DNA from: Antedon mediterranea
Lineage: Eukaryota > Animalia > Echinodermata
Assembly (NCBI RefSeq): GCF_964355755.1
Contig: NC_092675.1
Location: 16,898,912-16,962,911 of the forward strand
Length of the DNA stretch: 64,000 nt
Direction of reading: 5' to 3'
Under the pieces are notes generated by a model that saw nothing but the letters and a program-made list of their open reading frames with translations, searched no databases and was not told where the DNA came from. Shown one piece after another: positions 34,101 through 44,800 of this stretch; position 1 is the stretch's first letter, and every line of letters begins with the position of its first letter. The translations under genes were made by a program, and so were the position numbers.

Positions 34101-35920
34101 TAAAGTTTAAGAACATGTGCCTGTAGTATATTCATGCAAAATCTTAGCTCAATACTACAATGAATAAGGGAGGAGTAGCACTTTTTACTCAATAGTGTCC
34201 AGATGGAGGAAGAAGGAGAAAATGAGTAAGTCCTAGACTCGGGTACCCCAAGTAAAAAGGGGACTATACAATACCAAGCTAAACACATTAAATTTAATTC
34301 ATGCTTCTGCAGTATCAAAATAAAATTGTTCTAAAAATGTTGTTTTTAAATTTGGACACAAGTTACTGTATTGTTTAATTGTGTGTGTATGTCATTAGCC
34401 GCTGTCACCTGCAAGGAATATAATATGTATAACATTTACCTTCAATTGAATTTAACTTTGAACTTAGCATGACAAGCGGTGTGAGAATCTCACTAGGCGA
34501 TGCACCACCATGGCTACCAGTTTCACTCATTCCATGATCTCCACACAAAACTAATAAAGATGGAAGCTCCCTATTCATATCCTTTCTTTCCATTGATGTA
34601 TAAATCATGGATAATACCGAGTCCATCTCTTGCAGTTTTGGTTGTACAAGGGGGCTTGCTGGTCCCCCAATATGTCCTATGTGATCAAGGCCTAGGTAGT
34701 GTAGGATGAGGACGTCCCAATCTTCCCTTGCAAGTGTTGGCTTCAAATGTCGTGTTACATTGTCATCAACCTAAAAGCAGACCAATAATTGATTAGACAC
34801 CTTCTCACTAAAACAGAATTTAAACTTTTAGCGTATTTGCCTATGTATGTAGCATCATCAAATTTTGAGTTCAATTTTTGTTTGATTTCTTTTGAATAAG
34901 CACTACAAGAGTTGGGCCTAAAATCTGCAAGTACGTACTCACCTCTGTATAGTCAGACACAAAGAATGATGTTGTTCCGTCCACTTCATCAAAGCTGTTT
35001 GGAAAGAGTCTAATCCATGTGTCATCTCCATAGAACAGCATCTTATATCCAGCCACTTTAAGTTGATAAATAATGTTGTCCTCTAATAGAGCCTTGGAAT
35101 CAACATTCAGGATAACATCCACAAATCCTGGAATTGTTCCTGATGTTAATGCCTGTTGGAAAATTATTTAAAAAATAAATCCTTGATTTATTATGTATCG
35201 CAAGATGAATTTGATTAGCAGAAGAATCATAAGACTCTGTGGGTACATATGTAATCTGACATGATTTTTTAGTTGAGATTTAAATGTGTATTACTATATA
35301 TGAATGACCAAGTATGCTCAGGGGGTCTGGGAACAAAATGTGAAAATTAAGAGGTGAGATTATACTTACTTATACATTTTTTATTATTTAGCATAAATTT
35401 GTGAGTGGTATTATATCCAATGATGGAATTAAACTTGGTCATATAATAATGTAATGGAAAATACAAAACTCATAACTCATACAAGTACAGTAATAAAAAA
35501 AGTAAAATTAATTACTGGCAATACCTTTACTCTGGGCATTGTGACAGTAGGAGAATGAGCTTTGGCGATGAAACTTAAAGAATATCCACTGTCAATTAAC
35601 TGTTGGGTGAAGATCATTCTCTTTTTGTCCCCAAGTAAAAAGTCCCATCTAAAAGCATCAATAAGCACTAGGACAAGTCGTCCAAACATAGGCTGTCTCA
35701 GAACATCATTGTCAGAAGGATAGCTAGGCTCTGGTGCAACGCCATCATTGTTGGTAGTAGGATAGCTAGGCTCTGGTGCAGCATCACTGTGTGATGCATG
35801 CCCTGGAGGTATTTGTTTGATTGGTAGGAACCCTTTTATAAAAATGAATAAACCCTGAAGTTGGGCAGTAATACATGTTGTTATTAGTATTATAGCGAAT
35901 GTTGGCAATAGTAATTTCAT
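27941..35920 (-). CDS. PIGG: GPI ethanolamine phosphate transferase 2 (PIGG/GPI7), 11 coding exons, 952 aa
   Basis: Exons 35920-35525, 35152-34943, 34770-34440, 32805-32593, 32172-31955, 31559-31278, 31055-30775, 30184-30008, 29616-29283, 29176-29010, 28190-27941; total 2859 nt. Motifs LVLIDAFR.DF, PTVTMPRVKALTSG, YGDDTW, SFFVSDYTEVD.NVTRH, LHYLGLDHIGH, GDHGM, SSSFVEEEHQTWY, GNSNSIATID and RYHLFIWSVFSPKLLYE fit PIGG rather than PIGO or PIGN. Confidence 0.95.
28298..28852. mobile_element. TTAA-flanked non-autonomous DNA element (Kolobok/Crypton-like ends)
   Basis: TIR ttaaagatgtattgtc ... gacaatacatctttaa; paralogue at 570-1043. Confidence 0.75.
28853..28990. mobile_element. Palindromic MITE (Harbinger-like TIR gctctgtctacactatcaaact)
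   Basis: TIR of more than 20 bp; four family members in the window. Confidence 0.75.
29010..29176 (-). CDS. PIGG: PIGG exon 10 (GNSNSIATIDLSSGYVGL...)
   Basis: ttttag acceptor; phase requires the donor at|gtaggt (see findings). Confidence 0.85.
29283..29616 (-). CDS. PIGG: PIGG exon 9 (GIAEARITF...LLLRPHN...WMGQTTFYHQ)
   Basis: tttcag acceptor; gtaaaa donor. Confidence 0.9.
30008..30184 (-). CDS. PIGG: PIGG exon 8 (PENAIYLSVVH...LYRHAVG)
   Basis: ctccag acceptor; gtaagt donor. Confidence 0.85.
30250..30345. mobile_element. Palindromic MITE, same family as 28853
   Basis: agctctgtctacactatcaaact ... gacagagct. Confidence 0.65.
30775..31055 (-). CDS. PIGG: PIGG exon 7 (SSSFVEEEHQTWYF...WNQTG.KW)
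   Basis: tttcag acceptor; gtagta donor. Confidence 0.92.
31278..31559 (-). CDS. PIGG: PIGG exon 6 (transmembrane segments)
   Basis: ttgcag acceptor; gtaagt donor; hydrophobic open frame. Confidence 0.85.
31955..32172 (-). CDS. PIGG: PIGG exon 5 (...RYDVHAMICGIVLCSM)
   Basis: atatag acceptor; gtaaga donor. Confidence 0.88.
32593..32805 (-). CDS. PIGG: PIGG exon 4 (VQQIDMAPSLATMFGLPIPQNSLG)
   Basis: gtacag acceptor; gtaaca donor. Confidence 0.92.
32881..33228 (-). mobile_element. HINE/Helentron-like element, second family, copy 1
   Basis: Sub-TIR tactcggggtac / gtaccccgagta, (GAA)n stretch, terminal gcacgaatgtgc palindrome. Confidence 0.65.
33278..33348 (-). tRNA. tRNA-Val(AAC)-like gene, probably degenerate
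   Basis: GGTTTCGTAGTGTAGTGGTTGTCAAGTCTGCTT-AAC-ACGCAGAAGGTTCCGGTTCGAGCCCTGGCGAAACC followed by TTTTT. Acceptor and anticodon stems are intact; D and T arms have mismatches. Confidence 0.75.
33565..33636 (-). tRNA. tRNA-Val(AAC)-like gene, second copy, possibly a pseudogene
   Basis: GGCTTCTTGGCGTAGTGGTTATCACGTTTGCTT-AAC-ACGCAGAAGATACCTGGTTCGAGCCCAGGCGAAACC followed by an oligo-T run. T arm is perfect; the acceptor stem has mismatches. Confidence 0.7.
33707..34255 (-). mobile_element. HINE-like element copy 2 (33707-34053) and partial copy 3 (34114-34255)
   Basis: Direct repeat of 32881-33228 at an offset of about 825 bp. Confidence 0.7.
34440..34770 (-). CDS. PIGG: PIGG exon 3 (LHYLGLDHIGH...CGDHGMSETGSHGG)
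   Basis: ttttag acceptor; gtaaat donor; metal-binding motifs of the alkaline-phosphatase fold. Confidence 0.95.
34943..35152 (-). CDS. PIGG: PIGG exon 2 (ALTSGTIPGF...YGDDTW...SDYTE)
   Basis: caacag acceptor; gtgagt donor. Confidence 0.95.
35525..35920 (-). CDS. PIGG: PIGG first coding exon (MKLLL...PTVTMPRVK)
   Basis: N-terminal TM helix, GFLP motif and catalytic region; gtattg donor. An in-frame upstream ATG at 36013 is an alternative start. Confidence 0.88.
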
Positions 35921-36357
35921 TGACAATTCCTGTTGAAACAGATGTTTTCTAATTCTGAAATGTAAAATAAAATCAGTATTAGTAGGCACACACGATTGTG
36001 CTTCGGAGGCCATCTTGTTGAGATGACAAATAGTCGTGACCATTCAATCAAACAACAAAAATAAAATAGCGTTATCAGGAAATTTTCGGACATCGTGTTA
36101 GTTAAAAAATCCTGAATGGAGGGTCATATGAGAAAAAAATTTACCGTGAAATGTTCTTACAATATTGACCTACGTTACTACAGTATATGCATAAAAACAA
36201 TTATACATATTTTTTTTATCGCCTAAAATCCATTGAAAAAAACCTCCTTGTGTTAATATTGTCGCACTTGACCAAATTACAACATTGGTGCTGCGAGCGA
36301 AAACGTGATTAAATGAGTAACATGCCTGCAAAATCTACACTAGTATCTATAAATTTC

Positions 36358-39300
36358 TGTGACATTGCATTGACCTACACCAAGTGCCTGGTATAGGTGC
36401 TGCTTGTGCCCAGAAACTGGAGAGCCTGTTACGGGAATATCACCACAGACACCATAGGAGGTATAAAGGGATTGGGAAAAGTGAAATTTACTAATATTAC
36501 TCTACTAATACTATGGATTGACTTCATTTAGTGGGGAGGGATTGTGACTACAATGAATGGCTTAACGTGACCTGGGAGGCCAGTTTAACTACCGCTAATG
36601 AGGAGTCTATTATCTACCGTGAGCCTCGCGAGGATAGACGAGATCAATCTGGATCAGAGTCAAGATCACCTGCACAACGTCCCGAGGCTGGAGACCACAT
36701 ACTAACCAATCCTCAAGCAGTCCCAAGGGGGGTTTCATCAAACACGCCTGGTTAGCTCTCTTATGCAGATTCTTGAGTGGTACCGGAATATCGGGACACT
36801 CCACCTACTCTTTCGTTTCAAGTTACCCAGGTAACCTCTGCTGCTAGTCCTGGGATTACGGCAGCAAATTCAAGGGCCCAGGTAACTGCTACCATCGATA
36901 ATGAGCTTTTGAAAAGAAATGTGACATCACCAGCGATAGAAACAAAATTATGCTAGGTGGCAGCACAAAATTATGTTAGATTATGCTAGGCACAATTATG
37001 GACAAAATGAAAAAAAAAAAACAATGTATAAGATGTTTTTGTTTTATGTACCACAAAAGTGAAAAGCAAAAAAAAAAAAAGGGAGTGGGGGTCAGGTTTT
37101 GGTCAAATTTTGCTACTGCAGCTCATGGTAATATTATTATTATTACTGCCTTTCCGCTGAAAAGTCTGCCAACATTTCCGCTTGGGCTGCTCCGTAAATC
37201 TCTTTTACTAGTTTCTTCCAGTCTGATCTTTCATTGGCTAGTTCTTTAAGTTGTTTCATGGTAAATATGCTTCAGAATTAGGTTTTTTGAATTATGCTAG
37301 ATTTTCTAAAATTATGCCTAGCATAAATGCTAGATGGGTCAAAATTTTGCTAGAATTGGCCACTATGCCTACAAGAGACAGGCACCAGATTTAGGTACCA
37401 TCAAAGAAGAAAGTTACAGCTTCTTCTGGTTTTTGGAAACCATCTGGAGAACCATGGATGCATGGTACATGCTTTGCTCCAATGGCCATCAATGAGATCT
37501 TCACTCGGACGCAGGCTTGTTGCACTAATATACATGTTAATCTTTTTCCACAAGACACACTGGGGAGTGGAATCCGCAACCCGATCTGACGATTGGGGTG
37601 GCTGACTTGGAAGGGTTCAACCTGGTAGGATGTGTCTCACTCGCTGTTCAGTTAGGTACAAAGATGTGGTGCACCTACTGGTTGACTCAGTGGGGCCCAT
37701 CGGACTCTAACAACAGACGGTGGTCATCAGTGTGAAAGATGTGTCGGCACGCCTTCCTCTGTTTGGCATTGAAGTGTTCCGTCACCAGTGCAAAGCCGAA
37801 ATAGGTTTAGGGGAAAACACTCCTGAACCTATCAACCATCAACACTGTCGAGGAGAAATTGTGGAGTAAGATACAAATGCTCCTCAGGGCATTTGCCAGC
37901 TGCAGGATGTTCAAGCAATTCTTTGATCGCAGATCGCAAGAAGGCAGCGCAACATCTCCTTCTGTTGAAGCTAATCAGATATCGGGACAGAGTAGTCAAG
38001 ACCAATCTACCCGAGTACCCAGGCTCATGCTGTAGCGCACTAAGAGTTGGCCAGGGTAGGACCCCCATCTCGCCAAATGCGATGTATCTACCCTACTAAC
38101 AGGTAGAAGGGAGGATCACAAAAGATGGCTACACTCCCAAAGAGTTGTACTGGTCTAGTCCTCGAGTCGGCTGGCTCTGCTAGCAGTGTCTCATTCAACG
38201 TCGCACAAGAAGACAGCTTCAAATAGGAGAGCCCAGGTGATCCGGATGGAAATAAGCATCAAACGCTTCTATCTACTCATGGGCCGTTTTCTTCACTTCC
38301 CGTCTTGAGGGTGGTGGTGATCGGTGCCTCCTCTTGGTTGATGAACTCCACACGGCTTTCTTATAAGGCTGTGTGGCAGTTGGTTGGGCAAGGCAACTCT
38401 CGGCCTCAGCTTCTGCGGCTAGCTGGCCCTTCCATTCAAGGTCCATCTGCTGGGCCATTGTGTCAGTCTATACAGGTTTATTGTGGTTTAGTAGCAGGAG
38501 AGTAAACCGATCCAGCGACTCACCCCCATTGATGCTTGCAGGTCATGCATCATGTCCAGAGTTTTCTGGTTGATGCCGCTCACATTGGCCCTGATGGTCT
38601 TAACCAGGTCGTCCAAGGTGGCCTCAAGTCTCCTATGATTTCTGTAGCATATTTTTGTGGCACAGCTTGGTCAGCGAAGGGCGGTCGTGGTGTACCTGCA
38701 AGGCGACTAACTGTAATTCCCTTGGCAGTACCAGGAGGCGCTCACCAGAATTTTCTTGTTTCAGAAACAGAATGCCGACGGACAGGTAAAGGCTGTCTTG
38801 ATTCAACGAGAAGAACTTCATGCTCGTGCTGAAAAGGAACAGCTCATTAGTTGAGGGGTCGCTGTTGCGTTCTAACCACTGCAGGATAGGATGAAGATCA
38901 GCATTCTTGCGTTAGTCCTGGAGTTTGCTGGGTCACTCAACCGCCAGAGTCTTAAACACATTCCTCGCTACCTACTTCTTTTTGCATGACTAATTTGAGA
39001 GATGGGTACGATGTCATCAGGTAGACACAGCAGGTAGTTTCAGAAATACAATGGCCAGCGACTCCTTATGGGTTGTACAGCAGTTACATTGTTCAGTGTG
39101 CTGGATGCTAGTGTACGTTTACTCATTTCTTATCCTCTTGCACTTGCAGCAGTTCCCAACCGATGGCGTGATCTGATGCGTCCACATCTAGTATGAATTC
39201 ATCACTTGTGTCCGGTAACGTCAAGACAGGAGGTTAAACCAGTGCATTCTTGAGAGATTCAAAAGCGACCTGTTGGTCTTCTCCTCACACAAATTGGGCA

Positions 39301-40130
39301 GTTGGAAAGGCCAAACGACATTTTGACGAATTCATACGAACCGTGCTTGGTGATGAACGCAGTTTCCCTCTGGTCTGTCTCCTCCTTCATCGATAACTGA
39401 AATTAACCCCATAGAGCCAGAACCAGATGTTCCATGATATGGATCAATGCAATCCCTTATCAACGGCAACGGATAGGTGTCCTTGGTGGTGATGTTATTC
39501 AATGCTTGGTAGTCAGTAGCAGTCACCCTAACCCTGCACTAGGACTGGTAGTGATGCCCACTCCGAGATTGAGTGTTGGATCACACAAGGTTGTAACATA
39601 TTTTTTATCTCTTTCTACTCTTCATCCGCAAAATGTAGTGGCGTTGGTTGGAGCCTTTGCTTTATAGCTGAGGCATCGCTCTTGTTGATAGAGTGCTCGA
39701 TACCCTTGAACGTACCAATATCGAGCTGATGAGAAGCGAAAACCTCTTAATGCTGGGGGATGAAAGCGTATAACTGTATGAACTCAAAATGCCGGAGAGA
39801 TCAGCATGAGATGCTTCAAGCATCTCCACCAGTTGACTGGGTACTGCCAAAACAGGTTCATCATAGCTGGTTACAGAACATACTTCTACAGCGTTAACCT
39901 CACTCTCTTCCACCTGGTTGGCTTCCATGGCTGTAGTGATGTCTCTCCCATGCTTCAAGGTAACGTACCTGTAATGTTGACCACGCACAGGTACGGAGTA
40001 CACAATCCCTGAAGTTCTATCTATATCCGGACCGGATCTATATAAAAGATAAATTGTTTGGTGAAAGTTGACACTGGACATGCGCTGCAGAGTGATGTGG
40101 TATCACTTTACGCTTGGCGACAAGGACATG
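36358..40130 (-). mobile_element. Decayed Ty3/Gypsy LTR retrotransposon (RT, RNase H and probable integrase remnants; LTR-like block about 36358-36926 is tentative)
   Basis: Minus-strand remnants DYQALNNITTKDTYPLPLI (~39510), TAFITKHGSYEFVKMSFGLSNCP (~39350) and QVAFESLKNAL..PPVL.LPD...FILDVDAS (~39230). Many stops, frameshifts and deletions; GC is higher than in the flanks. Confidence 0.8.
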
Positions 40131-40499
40131 AGCAATTATGAGGGGTTTCAGGTTCTCGATTTCCCCTCAGAGACTGTGCTTGCGCTCACAGCTGTACGCA
40201 GTCGATGGCCCTATCTGTTCTCGTTTTCTTGAAGTTGCCTTACAGAGAATATCATATCTGATGTTGTACGACCAGCCCGGAAGCTACATTGACTTTCAGG
40301 AGAAATATTTTCAGCAAGGACTTGTAAAAGGACATTTTAAAATAGAAATATAGTACCTCTGTATTAATTGTTAATATCATCGCACTCAAACAAATTACAA
40401 CACATTACCACTAGCCTAGTAAGTTAGTAGTAGTAGGCCTAGGTCTCCAGCCAGCACTGAGCAGGCTAGTTATCCCATCATCATTATGGGATATGACCG

Positions 40500-41250
40500 G
40501 TTGGGCCGCCGACAAGTTGAGCCGCCGGTGATTTCTATTTAACGCCCAGTGCATGCGTCTTTTACGACATTTCGCGTAGTGATTAGGGTGGTGTCCTAGT
40601 ACATAAGTTCATGGTCTTGGTTTATTGTGTCATGAAAATAAATAATATATAATTACAATTAACAACACAGCAAAGGAAAGTAGTAATATTTAATTGTTTT
40701 TAATCTTTCGAGGAAAGAATTCAGTGCACTCCATAATTTTTCTCGCGTGTAGGTCTATCACGTAAAATCACGTTGTCTCTCAGAGGACTAATTAATACTA
40801 GAGTACAGTATTAACATTCTTCGAATGAGGTTAAATAAAGATTATTTTTTATTTACTAATCTTTTAATATCATATTTTATTGAATTTTACAATGTTAATA
40901 CACAAAATATTTTAATAAAAAACGTGATTTTATGTAATTATTTTACCGAAAAATGGAGTACGCCTAGTTCATACAACTGCCGACTAAAAACGAACACTTT
41001 CGGTGATGTTTTAGGCCTTATATTTTGGAATCTACAAGCCAGATATTCATAATTATTTTTTTATTATAATATTGAATAATATATTATATATACTAAAAAC
41101 CATGATTGATATATAAACTTTTGAATGTACATCGTTATCCCTAATAATATATAAATAGAACGAGCACCGGCGAAAGTTAGCATATGGCGTTCCATAGAAA
41201 ATAACGTTTTTCTGGCGGCGGCTTAACTTGGCATCTAGGCGGCGGCCTAG
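40500..41250. mobile_element. Putative TIR element with GC-rich ends
   Basis: ggccgccgacaagttgagccgcc (~40504) versus ggcggcttaacttg...ggcggcc (~41218-41247). Confidence 0.4.
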
Positions 41251-41529
41251 GCCTAACCTAGCTAGCTAGCTAGGGCCCAGGCCTTAATATAGGCTTATCA
41301 TAGACATAGGCTAGTACTAGCTAGCCTAGAGGCCTACCTCCTTCTCTAGCTAGAGAGAGGACGGTATATGGATGGATTCCTTCCTACATTAGGTCTAGGC
41401 CTAGTTAGTAACATTTTTAGACGGCGGCATTTACTAACGTGATATTTTGACCATGTATTGTAGTACAATATAGGTGTACTATATTGAGGCCTAGCCCTAT
41501 ATAAAAAGTAAACAAAAAAAACAACAACG

Positions 41530-41851
41530 AGGCGCAGGCATGCATGTCCTCTGTTGAACGCCCTCAAGAGTAACAATTTGGAAATAGTTTTTAGTCTTTT
41601 AAATCCAGCAGAGAATTTTTATTTTGATCTTGATTTGTTGTGCGCACTGCGCATGGCGGATTCATTCAACCGTGTTTTGATGGCAGCAGAGGAGCATGCA
41701 GCAGCAGACGGTTTTTGTTTTTGTTTGTACGTGTGTGTGCATCATCCATATAGGCCCTAGATCCAGTACATGTTTTTAGCAGCAGCGAGAGCAGCAGACA
41801 GAGAGAGAGAGAGTAGACTCTGAATACAGTATTCACATGATTTTATCATCG
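41530..41851 (+). promoter_or_regulatory. Probable promoter and first exon of an unidentified large + strand gene
   Basis: CpG patch with NRF1-like tgcgcactgcgcatg and YY1-like catggcgg motifs, (GA)n and GCA repeats typical of 5' UTRs, and donor g|gtatgt at 41852 followed by a CTAG tract. Confidence 0.5.
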
Positions 41852-44800
41852 GTATGTGTTTATTTTGTTGTTAATTAGCCGTCGATAATGAAGCTGTTTG
41901 GACAAATTTTGATATACTAGGCCTACTAGGCCCCTAGGCCCTAGGCCTAGGTTAGGCCTAGCTAGGTAGGCTAGGCTTTGTTTGTATGAGGTAGGCCTAC
42001 TAAGCCCTAGCTAGCTAGGCCTAGCTAGGCCCGCCCTAGCCTATCTATGCCTACTACTGGGTCCTACTACTAGGCCTAGCCTAGGGGTGTCAGATAAAAT
42101 CGGTCGTGTTCATTATGTTTTAGTTAATTTTCAATATTGGAATTTCTAATAATACTATTTGACATTTTTTTTAACCTCGATCGTTATTTTTTAAGTACAG
42201 TAAAAATATAAATATTTATCTTTAACAGGTTTTAATGAATTGTAATGTGTTCTTTTAGAAAATCGTTTTAAAATGTTTTTTTGTTTTATTGTTTCAAACT
42301 TTTTGAAAAGATTGGCATGCCACTGTTTAAAGTTTTGAAAATAATAAATAATAGTTTAATAGTTAAACAAGCCTATTGCGTATTTTTTAATCACAGTTAA
42401 TTACGATACTCGTTCTATAGGCTACCTGCAGTGGATACCAGCTCAATGAGGTTTATGCAATAAAGGAAGATGATGCATGATGATGATTTTTGCATTATAT
42501 CCGCCACTCTGACGTGAGCATGGTTTTAGGATAATAATAAAATAATATATATAGATAATATGCCGTTATAAATCAATCTACCGGCCCTACAGTAGGTCTA
42601 TGATGTACAAAGATAAATGAGAATAATAATGTATGGATAAATAAGAGTCGACACGATTCTCAAAGTAAAGAGGTAATCTGCACTGATATTTAAACATTTA
42701 GATTTACAAACGGCGTATGGATGTGAGACACTGAGTTGTACTTAATTATTTACATTAAATGATTATTATAAATGAAGAAATAAAAGATATTCAAATTATC
42801 GGTGACGTATACGTAAATTATATACATTGTTCCACAAAAACACGTGCAGGAGGTGTAGACGTTTTAAACGTATGGTTATTAGTAATAGACGTCATTACCT
42901 GGCCACGGACAACGATCGTACATGTTTTGTCCATGATTTGACACACTAATAAGTGCGTGTTTTTTAAAAAGGGGAAACCCCATCTGCAAAATAACGTATT
43001 GTTAGAGGAAACAGTTGCACGATCATAGAAGGCGCATCTCCGTCCATATGTCTTATTCGGGGGTTTATTTCAGTAACTCGCCTTTTAACCATCCGCATAT
43101 AATGATCATTTTACTAAAAACTCTTTTAAACATAAATAAAAGAAATAAAAACGTGATTTGCCTCAACAATAATCATTATAGGCCTACACTTAATATTATC
43201 CTACATAACACATATAAATAAAATAGAAGTAAAAATACTGTAATGTGATCGAATATGGATATGATATAATCTGCCACAGTATGTATAAGTATAAAAATGG
43301 ATACGCTGGCTTTACAGGCTATACTGTAGGCCTACATTGTAAAAATTATTTTTTTTAATTCTCTTTTACGTAATTGTTTGCATAATAAAAGACACAGACG
43401 TATATCCTCTATATAAAATATTAATTACAGTACATATAAATAGAGGTAAATTATTATTGCCTAATATAATATTATGCCTAGTATAATATTTTAACGTGTT
43501 TAGAAATGGCCATTTTGAAAGAACACAAAAAAAGAAGGAAAAAAATTATTTTATTAATGATTGAATTAAATATTTTAACCAAAAATATCCACATAAATAA
43601 TTTGGTTCCTAAAAATTATCAATTAGATCTATATAAACGAAGAAAATGTATATCCCGCTAGCATGCATCAAACACGACCAATATCATCAAAAGTATAGCT
43701 CTAGCGGCGTGCCATACAAAATACCGGAAGTTGATTTTATCGTGACCGATTTCAGACGCGACCGACCGACTTTCCCGGACGAATACCCCCACCTCAGCCA
43801 GGCTGTGTGATGGTGTTGCAGCATAGAATTGCTTATTTACCTAGCATCAGGTGATTTAAAACGTTTTGCGATCTAATATAGCCTCTAATAGGTGATATTT
43901 ATGTAGGCGTACACTGTTAGAATATAAATACCTGTATATCTAAAATATATAAGAAAAATATTAGGCATGTTTTCGATTTTTTCTGATTTTACTAACATTT
44001 CGAACCCAAAATAAAATGTCATCACGAAGACATGTGGGCAACGAAATTTCAAATTTTTAATCGGAATTTTTCGTAGAAGATCGTACATTCATTCGTTTTT
44101 TCTATAAAAAAACCAATCAGAGTTAGTAAATTTGTGCGCAAGTTGACCCCTTTTAAACATTTTAAGGGTCACACTTTTCTATTCCCTTAAAATGTCTGCT
44201 GCTCTATAGCGGTGTTGCTAGTCGCTAGCCGTGCCAATTAAAATTGTTAATTTAACAAAATATAGCATTACCAACAATAAAACCTCAATTTGCGTCAATA
44301 AATGTCTGTATTGCGTCAACTAGTATGACCAACCAAGACCTACAAAGAAATACCAAGGCCTGCCAATTTAAAGTGTTAATTTAACGAAATATGATATAGG
44401 CCTAAGCCTATAGAGATACTATAAAAATAAATATACAATATTATATACTATATTAATTTTATCTATGTAACACTGATTATATTTATTATGTCTTCGATAC
44501 CCCAAAATATATCTGAATTCATTTTATTCTACAGTATTAAAAGAATTATTTATATGTACAACAATATACAACAATATAATTATAATCAATGATGTTATAT
44601 AGTTTTATAGAATAAAATACAAAGAGAAACATCATATTTTGTAGATTATCATTCGCACTTTATATGGTACTGTACTGGCAGAGTTGGGTAGGCTTGATAC
44701 TCGATGCAGCTAGCTCCTGTTGTATATGGAAATTTAACATTCTTGGTGTCTATATCGTGCTAAAATTTAGGTTTTATTGTTGGAAAAGCTATTAGAACTT

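Noticed and set aside
36358-40130. Intact or domesticated retroelement gene
   Set aside because: Multiple stops, frameshifts and large deletions (the RT YxDD core is missing) and no paired LTRs.
41554-41760. 68-aa ORF at the third promoter
   Set aside because: Low-complexity UTR-like sequence; at most a uORF.
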